From positions 1-64,000 of the forward strand of contig NIVC01002136.1 in assembly GCA_002269645.1 (NCBI GenBank): DNA of 64,000 nt, in the 5' to 3' direction. The translations under genes and the position numbers were made by a program. How positions within the stretch are numbered: the stretch's first letter is position 1; every line of letters begins with the position of its first letter. Under the pieces are notes generated by a model. It was not told where the DNA came from. It ran no database searches and saw nothing but the letters and a program-made list of their open reading frames with translations. Source of the stretch: Macrostomum lignano. Lineage: Eukaryota. Shown here piece by piece: positions 42,604 through 60,550 of the stretch.

Positions 42604-43099
42604 GCTGGCTGTGGAACTAAAATTTTCAAAAGACTTGAACCAGGCTGTTCTGCCGAGGGCTGTCGAGATTCTAGAGAGAACTGACTGTCTTTTATAGAAT
42701 TTCTTTCGCATCCACCCCAGCAACTATTTTTTCGAGCTCAATTATGCTTTCGAAAAGAAGATTTTTAGTGAAAAAGCATCGGTCTTGGCGCCTTTGACCA
42801 TTCCTCGCTGCCCACTCCGGTTTCAAAGCAGATTCTGCAGCCATTTTGTGTTCAACAATTCAGTGCCTGTCTTTGAAAAGGAAAATTATCTGCTCCGGTT
42901 TCCAGGCAAAAAGGCGGATCTGAGTCTTGGCAGAAGCCAATTTGCCTGTTTTCATTGCCGTGTGAATGGTGAAAATTCAGCAAAACAAGTTTTCGTTGAG
43001 AAAGAAAATTGCAGGCAACACTTTTGTGCCAACATTTACGAAATTTGTTAAACTGTCCTCAATAAATAAATATTAAAATTGATGAATTCCCAGAAGATG

Positions 43100-44240
43100 C
43101 CGAAAACACACTCCCCTCGTCTTCTTCCCATCTCACTCTCGCCTCCCCTCCCACTCTCCATCTCCCCTCCCACTCTCCCTCTCCCCTCTCACTCTCCATC
43201 TCCCCTCTCACTCTCCCCCTCCCCTCCCACTCTCTCTCTCTCCCCTCCCACTCTCTCTCCCCTCCCACTCTCCCTCTCCCCTCCCAATCTCCCTCTCCCC
43301 TCCCACTCTCCCTCTCCCCTCCCACTCTCCATCTCCCCTCCCACTCTCCCTCTCCCCTCCCACTCTCCATCTCCCCTCCCACTCTCCCTCTCCCCTCTCA
43401 CTCTCCATCTCCCCTCTCACTCTCCCCCTCCCCTCCCACTCTCTCTCTCTCCCCTCCCACTCTCTCTCCCCTCCCACTCTCCCTCTCCCCTCCCAATCTC
43501 CCTCTCCCCTCCCACTCTCCCTCTCCCCTCCCACTCTCCCTCTCCCCTCCCAGTCTGCCTCTCCCTTCCCACTCTCCCTCTCCCGTCTCACTCTCCTCCC
43601 CCCACTCCCTCTCCCCTCCCACTCTCCCTCTCCCGTCTCACTCTCCCTCTCCCCCCACTCTCCCTCTCCCGTCTCACTCTCCCTCTCCCCCACTCTCCCT
43701 CTCCCGTCTCACTCTCCCTCTCCCCCCTCTCTCTCCCCCCACTCTCTCTCCCCCCACTCTCTCTCCCCTCCCACTCTCTCTCCCCTCCCACTCTCCCTCT
43801 CCCCTCCCAATCTCCCTCTCCCCTCCCACTCTCCCTCTCCCCTCCCACTCTCCCTCTCCCCTCCCAGTCTGCCTCTCCCCTCCCACTCTCCCTCTCCCGT
43901 CTCACTCTCCCTCCCCCCCACTCCCTCTCCCCTCCCACTCTCCCTCTCCCGTCTCACTCTCCCTCTCCCCCCACTCTCCCTCTCCCGTCTCACTCTCCCT
44001 CTCCCCCCACTCTCCCTCTCCCGTCTCACTCTCCCTCTCCCCCCACTCTCTCTCCCCCCACTCTCTCTCCCCCCACTCTCTCTCCCCTCCCACTCTCTCT
44101 CCCCTCCCACTCTCCCTCTCCCCTCTCACTCTCCCTCTCCCCCCACTCTCTCTCCCCTTCCACTCTCCATCTCCCCTCCCACTCTCCCTCTCCCCCACTC
44201 TCGCTCTCCCCTCCCACCCTCCCACTCCTCTCCCTTCTAC
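43100..44240 (+). repeat. Polypyrimidine minisatellite (~19-bp CCCACTCTCCCTCTCCCCT)
   Basis: Visible array. Confidence 0.92.
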
Positions 44241-44349
44241 CATTCTTCCTAGCCATAATCCTTGATGCCAGATTTCATTGATGATGAAGCAAGCTATGGT
44301 GTGTACAAAAAACTCATGATTGTGAAATTGAGAGCTGGATGGTGCGATG

Positions 44350-45565
44350 GAGATAGACAGGGAGAGAGAGAGAGTGATGGAGAGAGACAGGGAGAGTGAC
44401 AAGGAGAGTGACAGGGAGAGTGATGGAGAGAGACAGGGAGAGTGATGGAGAGAGACAGGGAGAGTGATGGAGAGGGACAGGGAGAGTGATGGAGAGAGAC
44501 AGGGAGAGTGATGGAGAGAGACAGGGAGAGTGATAGAGAGGGACAGGGAGAGTGATGGAGAGAGACAGGGAGAGAGAAAGGGAGAGTGATGGAGAGAGAC
44601 AGGGAGAGTGATGGAGAGAGACAGGGAGAGAGAAAGGGAGAGTGATGGAGAGAGACAGGGAGAGTGATGGAGAGAGACAGGGAGAGTGATGGAGAGAGAC
44701 AGGGAGAGTGATGGAGAGAGACAGGGAGAGAGACAGGGAGAGTGATGGAGAGAGACAGGGAGAGTGATGGAGAGAGACAGGGAGAGTGATGGAGAGAGAC
44801 AGGGAGAGTGATGGAGAGAGACAGGGAGAGTGATGGAGAGAGACAGGGAGAGTGATGGAGAGAGACAGGGAGAGTGATGGAGAGAGACAGAGACAGTGGT
44901 GGAGAGAGACAGGGAGAGTGATGGAGAGAGACAGGGAGAGTGATGGAGAGAGACAGGGAGAGTGATGGAGAGAGACAGAGACAGTGGTGGAGAGAGACAG
45001 GGAGAGTGATGGAGAGAGACAGGGAGAGTGATGGAGAGAGACAGAGACAGTGGTGGAGAGAGACAGGGAGAGTGATGGAGAGAGACAGGGAGAGTGATGG
45101 AGAGAGACAGGGAGAGTGATGGAGAGAGACAGAGACAGTGGTGGAGAGAGACAGGGAGAGTGATGGAGAGAGACAGGGAGAGTGATGGAGAGAGACAGAG
45201 AGAGTGATGGAGAGAGACAGGGAGAGTGATGGAGAGAGTGGTGGAGAGAGACAGGGAGAGTGATGGAGAGAGACAGAGAGAGTGATGGAGAGGGACAGGG
45301 AGAGTGATGGAGAGAGACAGGGAGAGTGATGGAGAGAGACAGAGAGAGTGATGGAGAGGGACAGGGAGAGTGATGGAGAGGGACAGGGAGAGTGATGGAG
45401 AGAGACAGAGAGAGTGATGGAGAGGGACAGGGAGAGTGATGGAGAGAGAGAGGGAGAGTGACAAGGAGAGAGACAGGGAGAGTGGTGGAGAGAGACAGGG
45501 AGAGTGATGGAGAGAGACAGGGAGAGTGATGGAGAGAGACAGAGAGAGTGATGGAGAGGGAGAGA
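44350..45565 (+). repeat. Polypurine 22-bp minisatellite (GAGAGACAGGGAGAGTGATGGA)
   Basis: About 55 copies. Confidence 0.95.
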
Positions 45566-45919
45566 CCACAGTGAGCAGCACGGGCGGATAAGCAGTGCAG
45601 TCATGCCGCAGTGCAGCACATTGTAGATCAAAGCATGCAGATACGGCAAGGCGGGAAGGCATTTTCGTTTCCTCAATGAGCAGCTGTTGCTGCCTCAGTC
45701 TGTTTCAGAATTCTTCCTCCAAATTTGGGATATTCGATTTTGCGACGGTGCTGGCTGGGTTGGGGTCGGGGACGCCGGGCAGCCTGAGGATTTCGATAAT
45801 AGAAAATGGTTTGTTATCTCTAGGAAATTAACAATTCTTCTTGCATTTAACTTATTTTTCGCTAGATCTTCTTTCTGTATTTGGACAGCGTGCTAAGTTA
45901 AGTGCTGAGTTACAATTTC

Positions 45920-47300
45920 AGAGTGTTATGAACCATTTCAGTGTTATGAACCATTTCAGTGTTATGAACCATTTCAGTGTTATGAACCATTTCAGTTTTA
46001 TGAACCATTTCAGTGTTATGAACCATTTCAGTGTTATGAACCATTTCAGTGTTATGAACCATTTCAGAGTGTTATGAACCATTTCAGTGTTATGAACCAT
46101 TTCAGTTTTATGAACCATTTCAGTGTTATGAACCATTTCAGTGTTATGAACCATTTCAGTGTTATGAACCATTTCAGAGTGTTATGAACCATTTCAGTTT
46201 TATGAACCATTTCAGTGTTATGAACCATTTCAGTGTTATGAACCATTTCAGAGTGTTATGAACCATTTCAGTGTTATGAACCATTTCAGTGTTATGAACC
46301 ATTTCAGTTTTATGAACCATTTCAGTGTTATGAACCATTTCAGTGTTATGAACCATTTCAGTTTTATGAACCATTTCAGTGTTATGAACCATTTCAGTGT
46401 TATGAACCATTTCAGTTTTATGAACCATTTCAGTGTTATGAACCATTTCAGTGTTATGAACCATTTCAGTGTTATGAACCATTTCAGTGTTATGAACCAT
46501 TTCAGTTTTATGAACCATTTCAGTGTTATGAACCATTTCAGTGTTATGAACCATTTCAGTGTTATGAACCATTTCAGTGTTATGAACCATTTCAGTGTTA
46601 TGAACCATTTCAGAGTGTTATGAACCATTTCAGTGTTATGAACCATTTCAGTTTTATGAACCATTTCAGTGTTATGAACCATTTCAGTGTTATGAACCAT
46701 TTCAGTGTTATGAACCATTTCAGTGTTATGAACCATTTCAGAGTGTTATGAACCATTTCAGTGTTATTAACCATTTCAGTGTTATGAACCATTTCAGTGT
46801 TATGAACCATTTCAGTGTTATGAACCATTTCAGTGTTATGAACCATTTCAGTGTTATGAACCATTTCAGAGTGTTATGAACCATTTCAGTGTTATTAACC
46901 ATTTCAGTGTTATGAACCATTTCAGTGTTATGAACCATTTCAGTGTTATGAACCATTTCAGTGTTATGAACAGTTCCAGAGTGTTATGAACAATGCCAGA
47001 GTGTTATGAACCATTTCAGAGTGTTATGAACAATGGCAGAGTGTTATGAACAATGCCAGAGTGTTATGAACAATGCCAGAGTGCTATGAACAATGCCAGA
47101 GTGTTATGAACAATGCCAGAGTGTTATGAACCATTTCAGAGTGTTATGAACAATGGCAGAGTGTTATGAACAATGCCAGAGTGTTATGAACAATGCCAGA
47201 GTGTTATGAACAGTTCCAGAGTGTTATGAACAATGCCAGAGTGTTATGAACAATGTCACAGTGTTATGAACAATTCCAGAGTGTTATGAACAATGCCCCA
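45920..47300 (+). repeat. 18-bp minisatellite (TTATGAACCATTTCAGTG) grading into a 20-bp variant (TTATGAACAATGCCAGAGTG)
   Basis: Visible array; source of the TEMVHN/LKWFIT ORFs. Confidence 0.97.
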
Positions 47301-48384
47301 CAGTCTAACACAGAATAACTCCCGCACTGCATCAAACAATGTGCAGCATTAATGTTTTTCCGTCAGCAAAGAGCCGGCAAAAATGTTATCTGCCGCAAGC
47401 AGCACGCAAATCTGCAACAATCGGCGAAGCCCAGCACCCCCAACCCGAACTACCAAAGCGATCCGCCTGTCCCTCAGCCGACTTTGGGCTTCCCCGATCC
47501 CCATGGGACCTGAATTTGTCCGCCCCGAACCCCAAGGCGGAACAGACGCTGCCGCCAGTCATCTGTCGAGCAGGACGGTAAAAGTACAAACGGATGGTTG
47601 ACAAGGGTCGCTCTGCAGATCTGGACTGGATCGCTGGCTACTTACAGCGAGGCACCAGAGCTCAGTGATAAAGTCTGACTCCACCGCCATGCACCTTATT
47701 TAGCATTCATTTTTGGCTGCGTAAAAAAGTTCCCAACAGCCTCTGATCCTCTGATCCAGTCCTTGAGCTGTCAATTTTACTAACCAGATTCAACACGGAT
47801 CGAAATGATTCAGCAAATTTTTGTGCGCTATGTGTCACCTTCCAATCCAGACGTCTAGCAGTCCCTGGTTTAAGAAAAGAAACGCATCCAAACAAATTTT
47901 ATTTTGAGAATGCAGAATGCAGAAGGAAAATTATCTAGAAGGGAGATTTTTTCAATTGAATAATTGCCTCCATCTCCAGCTTCTCTTGAGTTTGCGGGTA
48001 TATTTTTAGAAGCAGCAATTTTCATGCAGTGATTAAAAAGATTTTTTGTTTTGTGTGACTTTTCTCTGTTATCTTTTTAGTCTTTGAGTAAGCGGGGATT
48101 TTATAAATATGGGATTAAAAGAGATTACAGAAATGCAAATGTTTGGTGAAATTTGTTCATGGATGAGGTGATTTTGTCGCAAATTGGCTGGCTGGGGGCA
48201 CTCCGCTCTCTTTGCAGGCTCTCTTTGCTTTGAGGGCGCCAGCGCTGCTTATGAGAGCTCCAATACTTCAGATTTGGGGCCTTCCAATTTCGAGGTTCTC
48301 AGAGAGCAAGCTAAAAATGCAAATCTAACATTATTAAATCATTTGCCGCACGGCTCCGGACCGCGCTCGAAGTTTACGCTCTAT

Positions 48385-48545
48385 GACTCACTCTATGACT
48401 CACCGAGTGAATCACTCTATGACTCACTCTATGACTCACTCTATGACTCACTCTATGACTCACTCTATGACTCACTCTATGACTCATTGAGTGAATCAAT
48501 CTATGACTCACTGAGTGACTCGCTCTATGACTCACTCTATGACTC
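48385..48545 (+). repeat. 12-bp minisatellite (GACTCACTCTAT)
   Basis: About 13 copies. Confidence 0.9.
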
Positions 48546-48850
48546 ACTTATTCATTTTCAAAGCAAATTACCCATCAAATTTAGCTTCTCAATGCTCCAA
48601 TATCGGCCCCAGAAAGCTAACTAGATGAAATGAAAACCTTATATACAGAAATAAGAGTATTCAAAAAAGTATTTCAATGAATTCTAATGAGGCAGACGAG
48701 TTGGGGAGCTGATGTAGAAAAGAGGACTCAGGAGAAATAATATAGAATGAGAATTTGCATTGTTCTGCTGGGTGTGCGCATCGAGTGCATTGTGAGTGAG
48801 ACTCAAGCTGCTCTCCTTAACTCAGTTATAAATCCTCAGCTTCCTCAGCT

Positions 48851-54346
<5,496 letters not shown>

Positions 54347-54446
54347 CTCCGAACAGCGGCGGGTGCTCAGAAGTTGTCGGATTGGATTATTTTCAACTCG
54401 GAGGTTTTCAATTTTTCCTTTACTGACAGCCCGGCCTGCCGGCCTG

Positions 54447-54458
54447 CTTAAATAGAGC
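54447..54458 (-). promoter_or_regulatory. TATA-like element (GCTCTATTTAA) about 100 nt upstream of the C13-like ATG
   Basis: An isolated AT motif in GC-rich context at a plausible distance; the same 11-mer occurs on + at ~34680. Confidence 0.35.
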
Positions 54459-54854
54459 TGCAGCCTGGGGTGCGGCCCCGGTGCACCCGTGCGGCCCGGG
54501 AGCGGAGGGGGGCGGCCGGCTCGCAGGAACACATCGTAAAGTTTTATTTGGTCACAAGGTGGCCGTGATGGGCTGATGACGCTCGGAGTCTGGGAGGGGG
54601 TTGCTGCGGCATGGGAGAGCGCTTTGCCACGCCACAGCCAGTGAAATCCGACGGCAGCTCAAGAGGCGAACGGCGCTCGCCCAAGACGAGACCGGAGAGC
54701 AACCGGAGAGCATTTATTAGAACCGCTGGCCAGGTTGGGGGAATAAAACTGCCGATTGTTGCAACAATTAATGTCGGTTTACAATGCCGGCCCGGGCGCT
54801 AAATGAGCCTGCCGGACTCTCGCCATTACGACTGAGGGGATTTGGATCTTCTGC

Positions 54855-55370
54855 CCTCTCCTCTCCCCTGCTCTCCCCTCTCCTGCTCTCCTTCTCCTGC
54901 TCTCCTCTCCCCTGCTCTCCCCTCTCCTGCTCTCCTTCTCCTCTCTCTCCCCCTTCTCTCTCCTTCTCTCTCCTCTCTCCTTCTCTCTCCTCTCTCCTTC
55001 TCTCTCCTCTCTCCTTCTCTCTCCTCTCTCCTCTCTTCTCTCTTCTCTCTCCTCTCTCCTCTCCCCTTCTCTCTCCTCTCTCCTTCTCTCTCCTCTCTCC
55101 TTCTCTCTCCTCTCTCCTCTCTTCTCTCTTCTCTCTCCTCTCTCCTCTCCCCTTATCTCTCCTCTCATTCTCCCTCGTCTCTTCTCTCTCCTTATCTCTC
55201 CACTCTCCTCTCTCCTTCTCTCCTTCTCTCCTTCTCTGTCATCTCTCCTCTCTCCTTCTCTCCTTCTCTCCTTCTCTGTCATCTCTCCTCTCTTCTCTCT
55301 CCTCTCTCCTTCTCTGTCCTCTATTCTCTCCTCCATTCATCTCTCCTCTCTCAATTTTCTCCTTCTCGGA
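54855..55370 (+). repeat. CT-rich polypyrimidine tract
   Basis: Visible low-complexity tract. Confidence 0.9.
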
Positions 55371-56119
55371 GTGACCCCTATGCCAAATTCCATTCCTTCA
55401 ATCAGTTTTCCAGCGTCTCTGCACCCCCTCCCGGCCAGTTCGAATCGGTCAATTAAATTGCAGTCATAATACTCGTACACTCAAGCTCATAAAACTATCA
55501 AAGCTCAAACTCCAGCTCAGCTCGGACCCGACCTCTCAGGTCTCTGACAGTCCGGCATGAGGGTGGCGTGCGGCAGGCTGGTTGCCCACCCCGGCAATGC
55601 GCACAGTTTAAAGCTGGCCAAGTCCTAAAACATGTTTACGATTGAATGCCAATTTACGGGGCACGGGGAGGCTGCAACCCCTCATCAGTTTTTGCACCTG
55701 GGCGGCTTGTGGAGGCCATCATTTCTGGCATTGTTTCTGAAATTACAGCTTAACAACCCAAATATTTGGAGTCGTATAAATTCTTAGGACGTAGCAAGTA
55801 AGCAGGTAATAGCAGGTAATAATGGCTGCATAATATCCTCTGGAATCCCTCAGAGCAGGCATTATAAACTGAGAAATTGTGCTGTCAAAGTGTTTACTGG
55901 GCTTTATTGATCTGCGCGCGACCAGGTAACTACCGAGGGGGCTCCCAGGTCTGCTGCACAGCGCTGGGGGCCTTGAGCTCAATCTGCATCGCTTATAAAA
56001 CTCCTCTGGCTGCTCCATAAATATCAATTAATTACTACTCACTTTCTCGCTGCACTAACTGCTCAAGTAGATCATGTCTACTTTCTCTAATTGCCTGTCC
56101 TCGCTTTCATTGTTGACTC

Positions 56120-56560
56120 TCTTATCTCTTCTGTCTTATCTCTCCTCTCTGCTCTCTGCTCTCTTATTTCCTCTCACATCTTTCTTCTCTTTTCTCTTCG
56201 CTCTCACCTTTTCTCTCTTATCTCTCCTCTCTCAACTCATCCCTCTCCTCTCTCCTCACTCATCTTGCCCCTCTTATCTCTCCTCTCTTGACTCTCCTCT
56301 CTTATCTCTCCCATATTAGCTCTCCTCTCTTATCTCTTCGCTCTTTTCTTTTCTCTTTTTCTCTCCTCTCTACTCTCTCAACTCGCCCTCTCATCTTTCT
56401 TCTTATATCTCATATCTATTCTCTCTCCTCTCTCCCCTCTTTTCTCTCCTCTCTTCCTTCTCCTCTCTTATCTCTCCTCTCTGGTCTCTGCTCTCTTATC
56501 TGCTCTCATATCTCTCCTCTCTTTTCTCTTCGCTCTCATCTCTCCCTCTCGCTTACCCCC
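56120..56560 (+). repeat. Degenerate CT-rich tract
   Basis: Visible low-complexity tract. Confidence 0.85.
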
Positions 56561-57754
56561 TAAAATTCATCAGGTATTTCTCTATTCCATCTCTCGAAAA
56601 AGCATCTTGCCTGATCACAACACCGAGACACGTCCTCAGTGAGCAAACCAAATGAAGTCATTTTGTCAATATTTCCCCATTTCACCCTTGCTTGATTGAG
56701 CTGTGAGTCACTGCACCCCCAGTGAGATCACTCGCTCACTCAGTCGCTATTGCTGGCAAGTCAAGAATAGGTGAATGACGCAAAACCCAACACCCGGCCG
56801 GTCCTTTGTCGTCACCGTCTTATTAATGTTCTTAGCGTCACTGGTTCCCAAAATAGGTTTTGGCAGCAGTCTGTAAGGAGATTACCGGTGTCTATTAAAT
56901 ATAGCTTTTTATAATTAAGTAAATAAATACTGACACGGAACCCAGATCAAAGGCCAGATACCGCATAATTGAGTTGGAAAGTAGATAAGGTAATAAACCT
57001 GGCTATCGGGGCTCCTCAATTTATGACTTGCCGGCACATTTGCTCACCTCAGCTGGAGTCAGTAGACTTGGCGCGGACATTGAATCTCAACCGAGCCACC
57101 CAGACGGCAATAAAACCTGCTGCGGTCCGCTAATGCGGTCTGAATTGCAAAATTATTATCTAATATATATATACAGTCTCCTGTCGCGATATAAACTACT
57201 AATTATTAGTCTGAAAAGTACTCGAAGTGGTTTTTAACAAACATGTGATTCGGCATACCGCTTCTAATATTTATATACTGACTCTGGCTGGCTAAAACGT
57301 GACCTACCCATTAAATTTGCATTGTATTTCGCTTCAAGAGTAACTAAAGCAGAGCATGCTAAAATTGAGTAGAAATGAAGTTAGTAAAGTAAAAAATGTA
57401 CTTTTAATTAAGTGCAAAGTGCCTGCTTCCTTATTGACAGCTCTGAGGATACCGGAACCAACTGACTGACAGGTCGGTCCGGTGCATTTGAATCCCAGAC
57501 ATCATCTTCTCCGAGCGCGGCTGGGCTTCTTCAAATTCTGCACCGCATTATCGGCGTCAAGGTTGCGCGTCTGGTCGTCAGCCATGCCGACCAGAACTGC
57601 GGAGTTGTGGGAGCGACCAGGGTTCAAACTAACTCGCTCATCTACTGGCTTTCTGGGAAAATGGGTAGCCACTTCTTTTTCTCCTTAGCTTCTTCTTGTG
57701 CTGTGCAATCAGTGTGCCCCCCCAGACCCTCATTTTGCTGTGCCACCAGTGTGG

Positions 57755-57822
57755 GTAGGGTAGGGTAGGGTAGGGTAGGGTAGGGTAGGGTAGGGTAGGG
57801 TAGGGTAGGGTAGGGTAGGGTA
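57755..57822 (+). repeat. (GGGTA)n pentamer, G-quadruplex-prone
   Basis: About 13 perfect G3 tracts with 2-nt loops. Confidence 0.92.
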
Positions 57823-58259
57823 GTGGATACACCCTTATACCAGAGAGAGTGGGTGCTATGGGAAACTATACAATATAGCAGCAACAGGTATACGAGAACT
57901 TACGGCCAATGATGCAGCCGCTGCAGAAGCTTAATGAAATTAGCAGAAGCAAGGCAACAAATAGTATTCTCATATTAACTATATTGTTCTAAATTTTATA
58001 ATACAGCAGCGAAATGCTCCAAAAAGGAACGCATAGTCAAATTTTGAGCAAGGGAATTATTTATTAAATGTTCTTGTGGTACTATGACTATCTAGGTTTA
58101 AGTGGAAATTTTTCACACACTTTGGACCATAGACTGATACAACTGGTGCTGGGATCGCGCTAGCTACTTGTGAAATTTCTCGTATAGAGCTTTTTGGCTT
58201 GGAACTGATAGCTCCGAGCACTGTCTGAACATGGGATAGACATACACACTTATGAGATA

Positions 58260-58700
58260 CTCATGGGATACTCATTGGATTCTCATGGGATACTCATTGG
58301 ATTCTCATGGGATACTCATTGGATTCTCATGGGATACTCATGGGATTCTCATGGGATACTCATTGGATTCTCATGGTATACTCATTGGATTCTCATGGGA
58401 TACTCATTGGATTCTCATGGGATACTCATTGGATTCTCATGGGATACTCATTGGATTCTCATGGTATACTCATTGGATTCTCATGGTATACTCATTGGAT
58501 TCTCATGGGATACTCATTGGATTCTCATGGGATACTCATTGGATTCTCATGGTATACTCATTGGATTCTCATGGGATACTCATTGGATTCTCATGGGATA
58601 CTCATTGGATTCTCATGGGATTCTCATTAGATTCTCATGGGATTCTCATTAGATTATCATGGGATACTTATGGGAATCCGTAGGATAATCAAGATATACT
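58260..58700 (+). repeat. 22-bp minisatellite (CTCATGGGATACTCATTGGATT), a dimer of 11-bp halves
   Basis: About 18 copies. Confidence 0.93.
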
Positions 58701-59404
58701 GGGATGCTCATGATACTCATGCAGTTAATGGAGGCTTGAGTATTAAAACTATGGGACCAGCTCCTGGCTAATTGGCTCCATTAACAGAAGAGCTCTGAGC
58801 ACTGATACAGATCAGTCGCTAGCGAGGGAATGCGGATACGGTACGTACGCAGGCCACACGCTCATACAGGATGTACAACAGCCCAGACTTTCTAATTGTC
58901 TGGCATGTACACACTAAGCGCAAAATGAATTTCATGGCTTGTGGAATCGCACCTATGTACTCTGGGACAGAGTCAGACGCGTATTGACACCGTATTAAAA
59001 TGCACAGAGCTACAAGTCTACTCTCTGAAAATGAAGTCAAAGTCGAGAGAGTAAAATTGCACCCCTTGCTACGATGTAAGAGAGTAAGTTTCGAAGCTTA
59101 GTAGAACAAGCAAACAGCCGGACCGCGATGCACTTTTACACGAAGCTTGACTATATGCGATTTGGAAATCAGCAGTTTAAAACTGAGCCGCAGCTCAGGC
59201 TTGGCCATAGACAACTGGCTGGCTGGCTGGCTAAACTCTATGGACCAAAGCCTATCGCAGTCGAGGACGGGCCGACCTGTTCCGAGCGAGCTAAAGAGAG
59301 CAGCAGCGAAGCCCAGAGCCCAGCACCAAAACAGCGACCGGACTATAGCTAGCAGTTTCTCTAGCAATTGACTTGACTCGTTCGACTTTGCCACACCAGC
59401 AGAG

Positions 59405-60550
59405 ATGGCCTACGCCATGTACAACAACAGCAGCAGCAAGCGAAGCTTCTTCTACGATGTGCGCAACCTGTCATACGGCTACTACGGCATGCACCCTATG
59501 GACCAGGCCGTGGTGGAGTACCAGCGGGGCCGACCGGCCGCCAAGCTGCCCTCCAGACAGCTGAACCGTCAGTTCAAGCCCGCCAGCATCCAGTTCGAGG
59601 ACGAGCAGCAGCAGCAGCAGGTGCTGCAGATCAGCGTGGTGCAGCAGCAGGCCAAGCAGAAGCAGCACCAATTTCTTGTGCTCTCCGTTGGCTCGGACGA
59701 TTCCGAGCCCGCCGCCGCTTCAACGGTCACCCTGCCAGAGTCGCAGGCGGTCCGCCTGGTGCAGCGGCTGCGCAAGCTGTCGAAGTGGAAGCCCGTCAGT
59801 AGCGGCCAGCTGCCCACCTTCGGCCAGGGTCTGGTGCACGAGGACTCGGTCTTCAAGGCGCAGATTGTGCCGCTGACGCAGGGCGCCGGGCACGGCCTGA
59901 AGATCCTGGCCGAGACTCGAGCTCGCGACCCGCAGGAGCGCCGCGAGCTGAGCAGCGTCCTGCTGCCCATGGACTCGGCCTGCCTCACGAAGTTCCGAGC
60001 TGTCCTGGCCGACCTCGTCTCCACCGAGACGCCGCTCTACCACACCGAATCTCTGCAGGTGTCAGACGGCTCAAAATTCTACCTGGACCTCATCCGGGAG
60101 GACACGGCTCACTACCTGAAGGTGTCACACGTGACCCGCGACTTCCGCAGCATCGTCATCGTGCCCGCCTGCGACGTGGCCGCTCTGCGCGACCTGCTCG
60201 ACTCCAGTCTGCGCGCCATGCAGCAGCGAGCGCCGGACGAAATCGCCAAGGACGCCAAGCGGCCGAAGCAGCCGCGCCAAGCCGGCCGAAACTCGCGCCG
60301 CAGGCCGCGCTTTGCCCAACGGAAGCGCCGAGCCGGCGCCAACTCGGAGGAGGAGGCCGAGAAAGAGAACGAGAACAGCAGCAGCTGCAGTGGCGGCGCC
60401 GCCACCGCCGAGGCCATCGAGAAGCCGACGGCGGAGCGCCTGCAGCAACTGCCGAGTGGCAGCCGCGGAGGCGCGGACGACGGCTCGACTGTGGAGTCGC
60501 GCCCGGTGGAGAACGGCGACCAGACGACCGGCGCTGGCACCGTCGAGTGA
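59405..60550 (+). CDS. Divergent Pur-alpha-like (PUR-repeat) nucleic-acid-binding protein, intronless (381 aa)
   Basis: The third repeat ESLQVSDGSKFYLDLIREDTAHYLKVSHVTRDFRSIVIVPACDVAALRDLL fits the PUR pattern (K-FY-D, LKIS, S-I-IP, helix). Two more degenerate repeats end in STVTLPESQAVRLVQRL and SSVLLPMDSACLTKFRAVL. Confidence 0.7.
   Translation: MAYAMYNNSSSKRSFFYDVRNLSYGYYGMHPMDQAVVEYQRGRPAAKLPSRQLNRQFKPASIQFEDEQQQQQVLQISVVQQQAKQKQHQFLVLSVGSDDSEPAAASTVTLPESQAVRLVQRLRKLSKWKPVSSGQLPTFGQGLVHEDSVFKAQIVPLTQGAGHGLKILAETRARDPQERRELSSVLLPMDSACLTKFRAVLADLVSTETPLYHTESLQVSDGSKFYLDLIREDTAHYLKVSHVTRDFRSIVIVPACDVAALRDLLDSSLRAMQQRAPDEIAKDAKRPKQPRQAGRNSRRRPRFAQRKRRAGANSEEEAEKENENSSSCSGGAATAEAIEKPTAERLQQLPSGSRGGADDGSTVESRPVENGDQTTGAGTVE

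Noticed and set aside
43059-47000. ORFs rich in SP/LS, GE/RE, TEMVHN and LKWFIT
   Set aside because: These are artefacts of stop-free minisatellites.
45570-48380. Possible - strand exons between arrays (e.g. NHPFVLLPSCSTDDWRQRLFRLG, DNKPFSIIEILRLPG)
   Set aside because: I could not assemble a phase-consistent gene or recognise a family.
57470-57750. ~90-codon open frames next to the (GGGTA)n tract
   Set aside because: No start codon, partner exon or recognisable motif.
58252-58683. Hydrophobic repeat ORFs (DSHGILIGFSW)
   Set aside because: These are translations of the 22-bp minisatellite.
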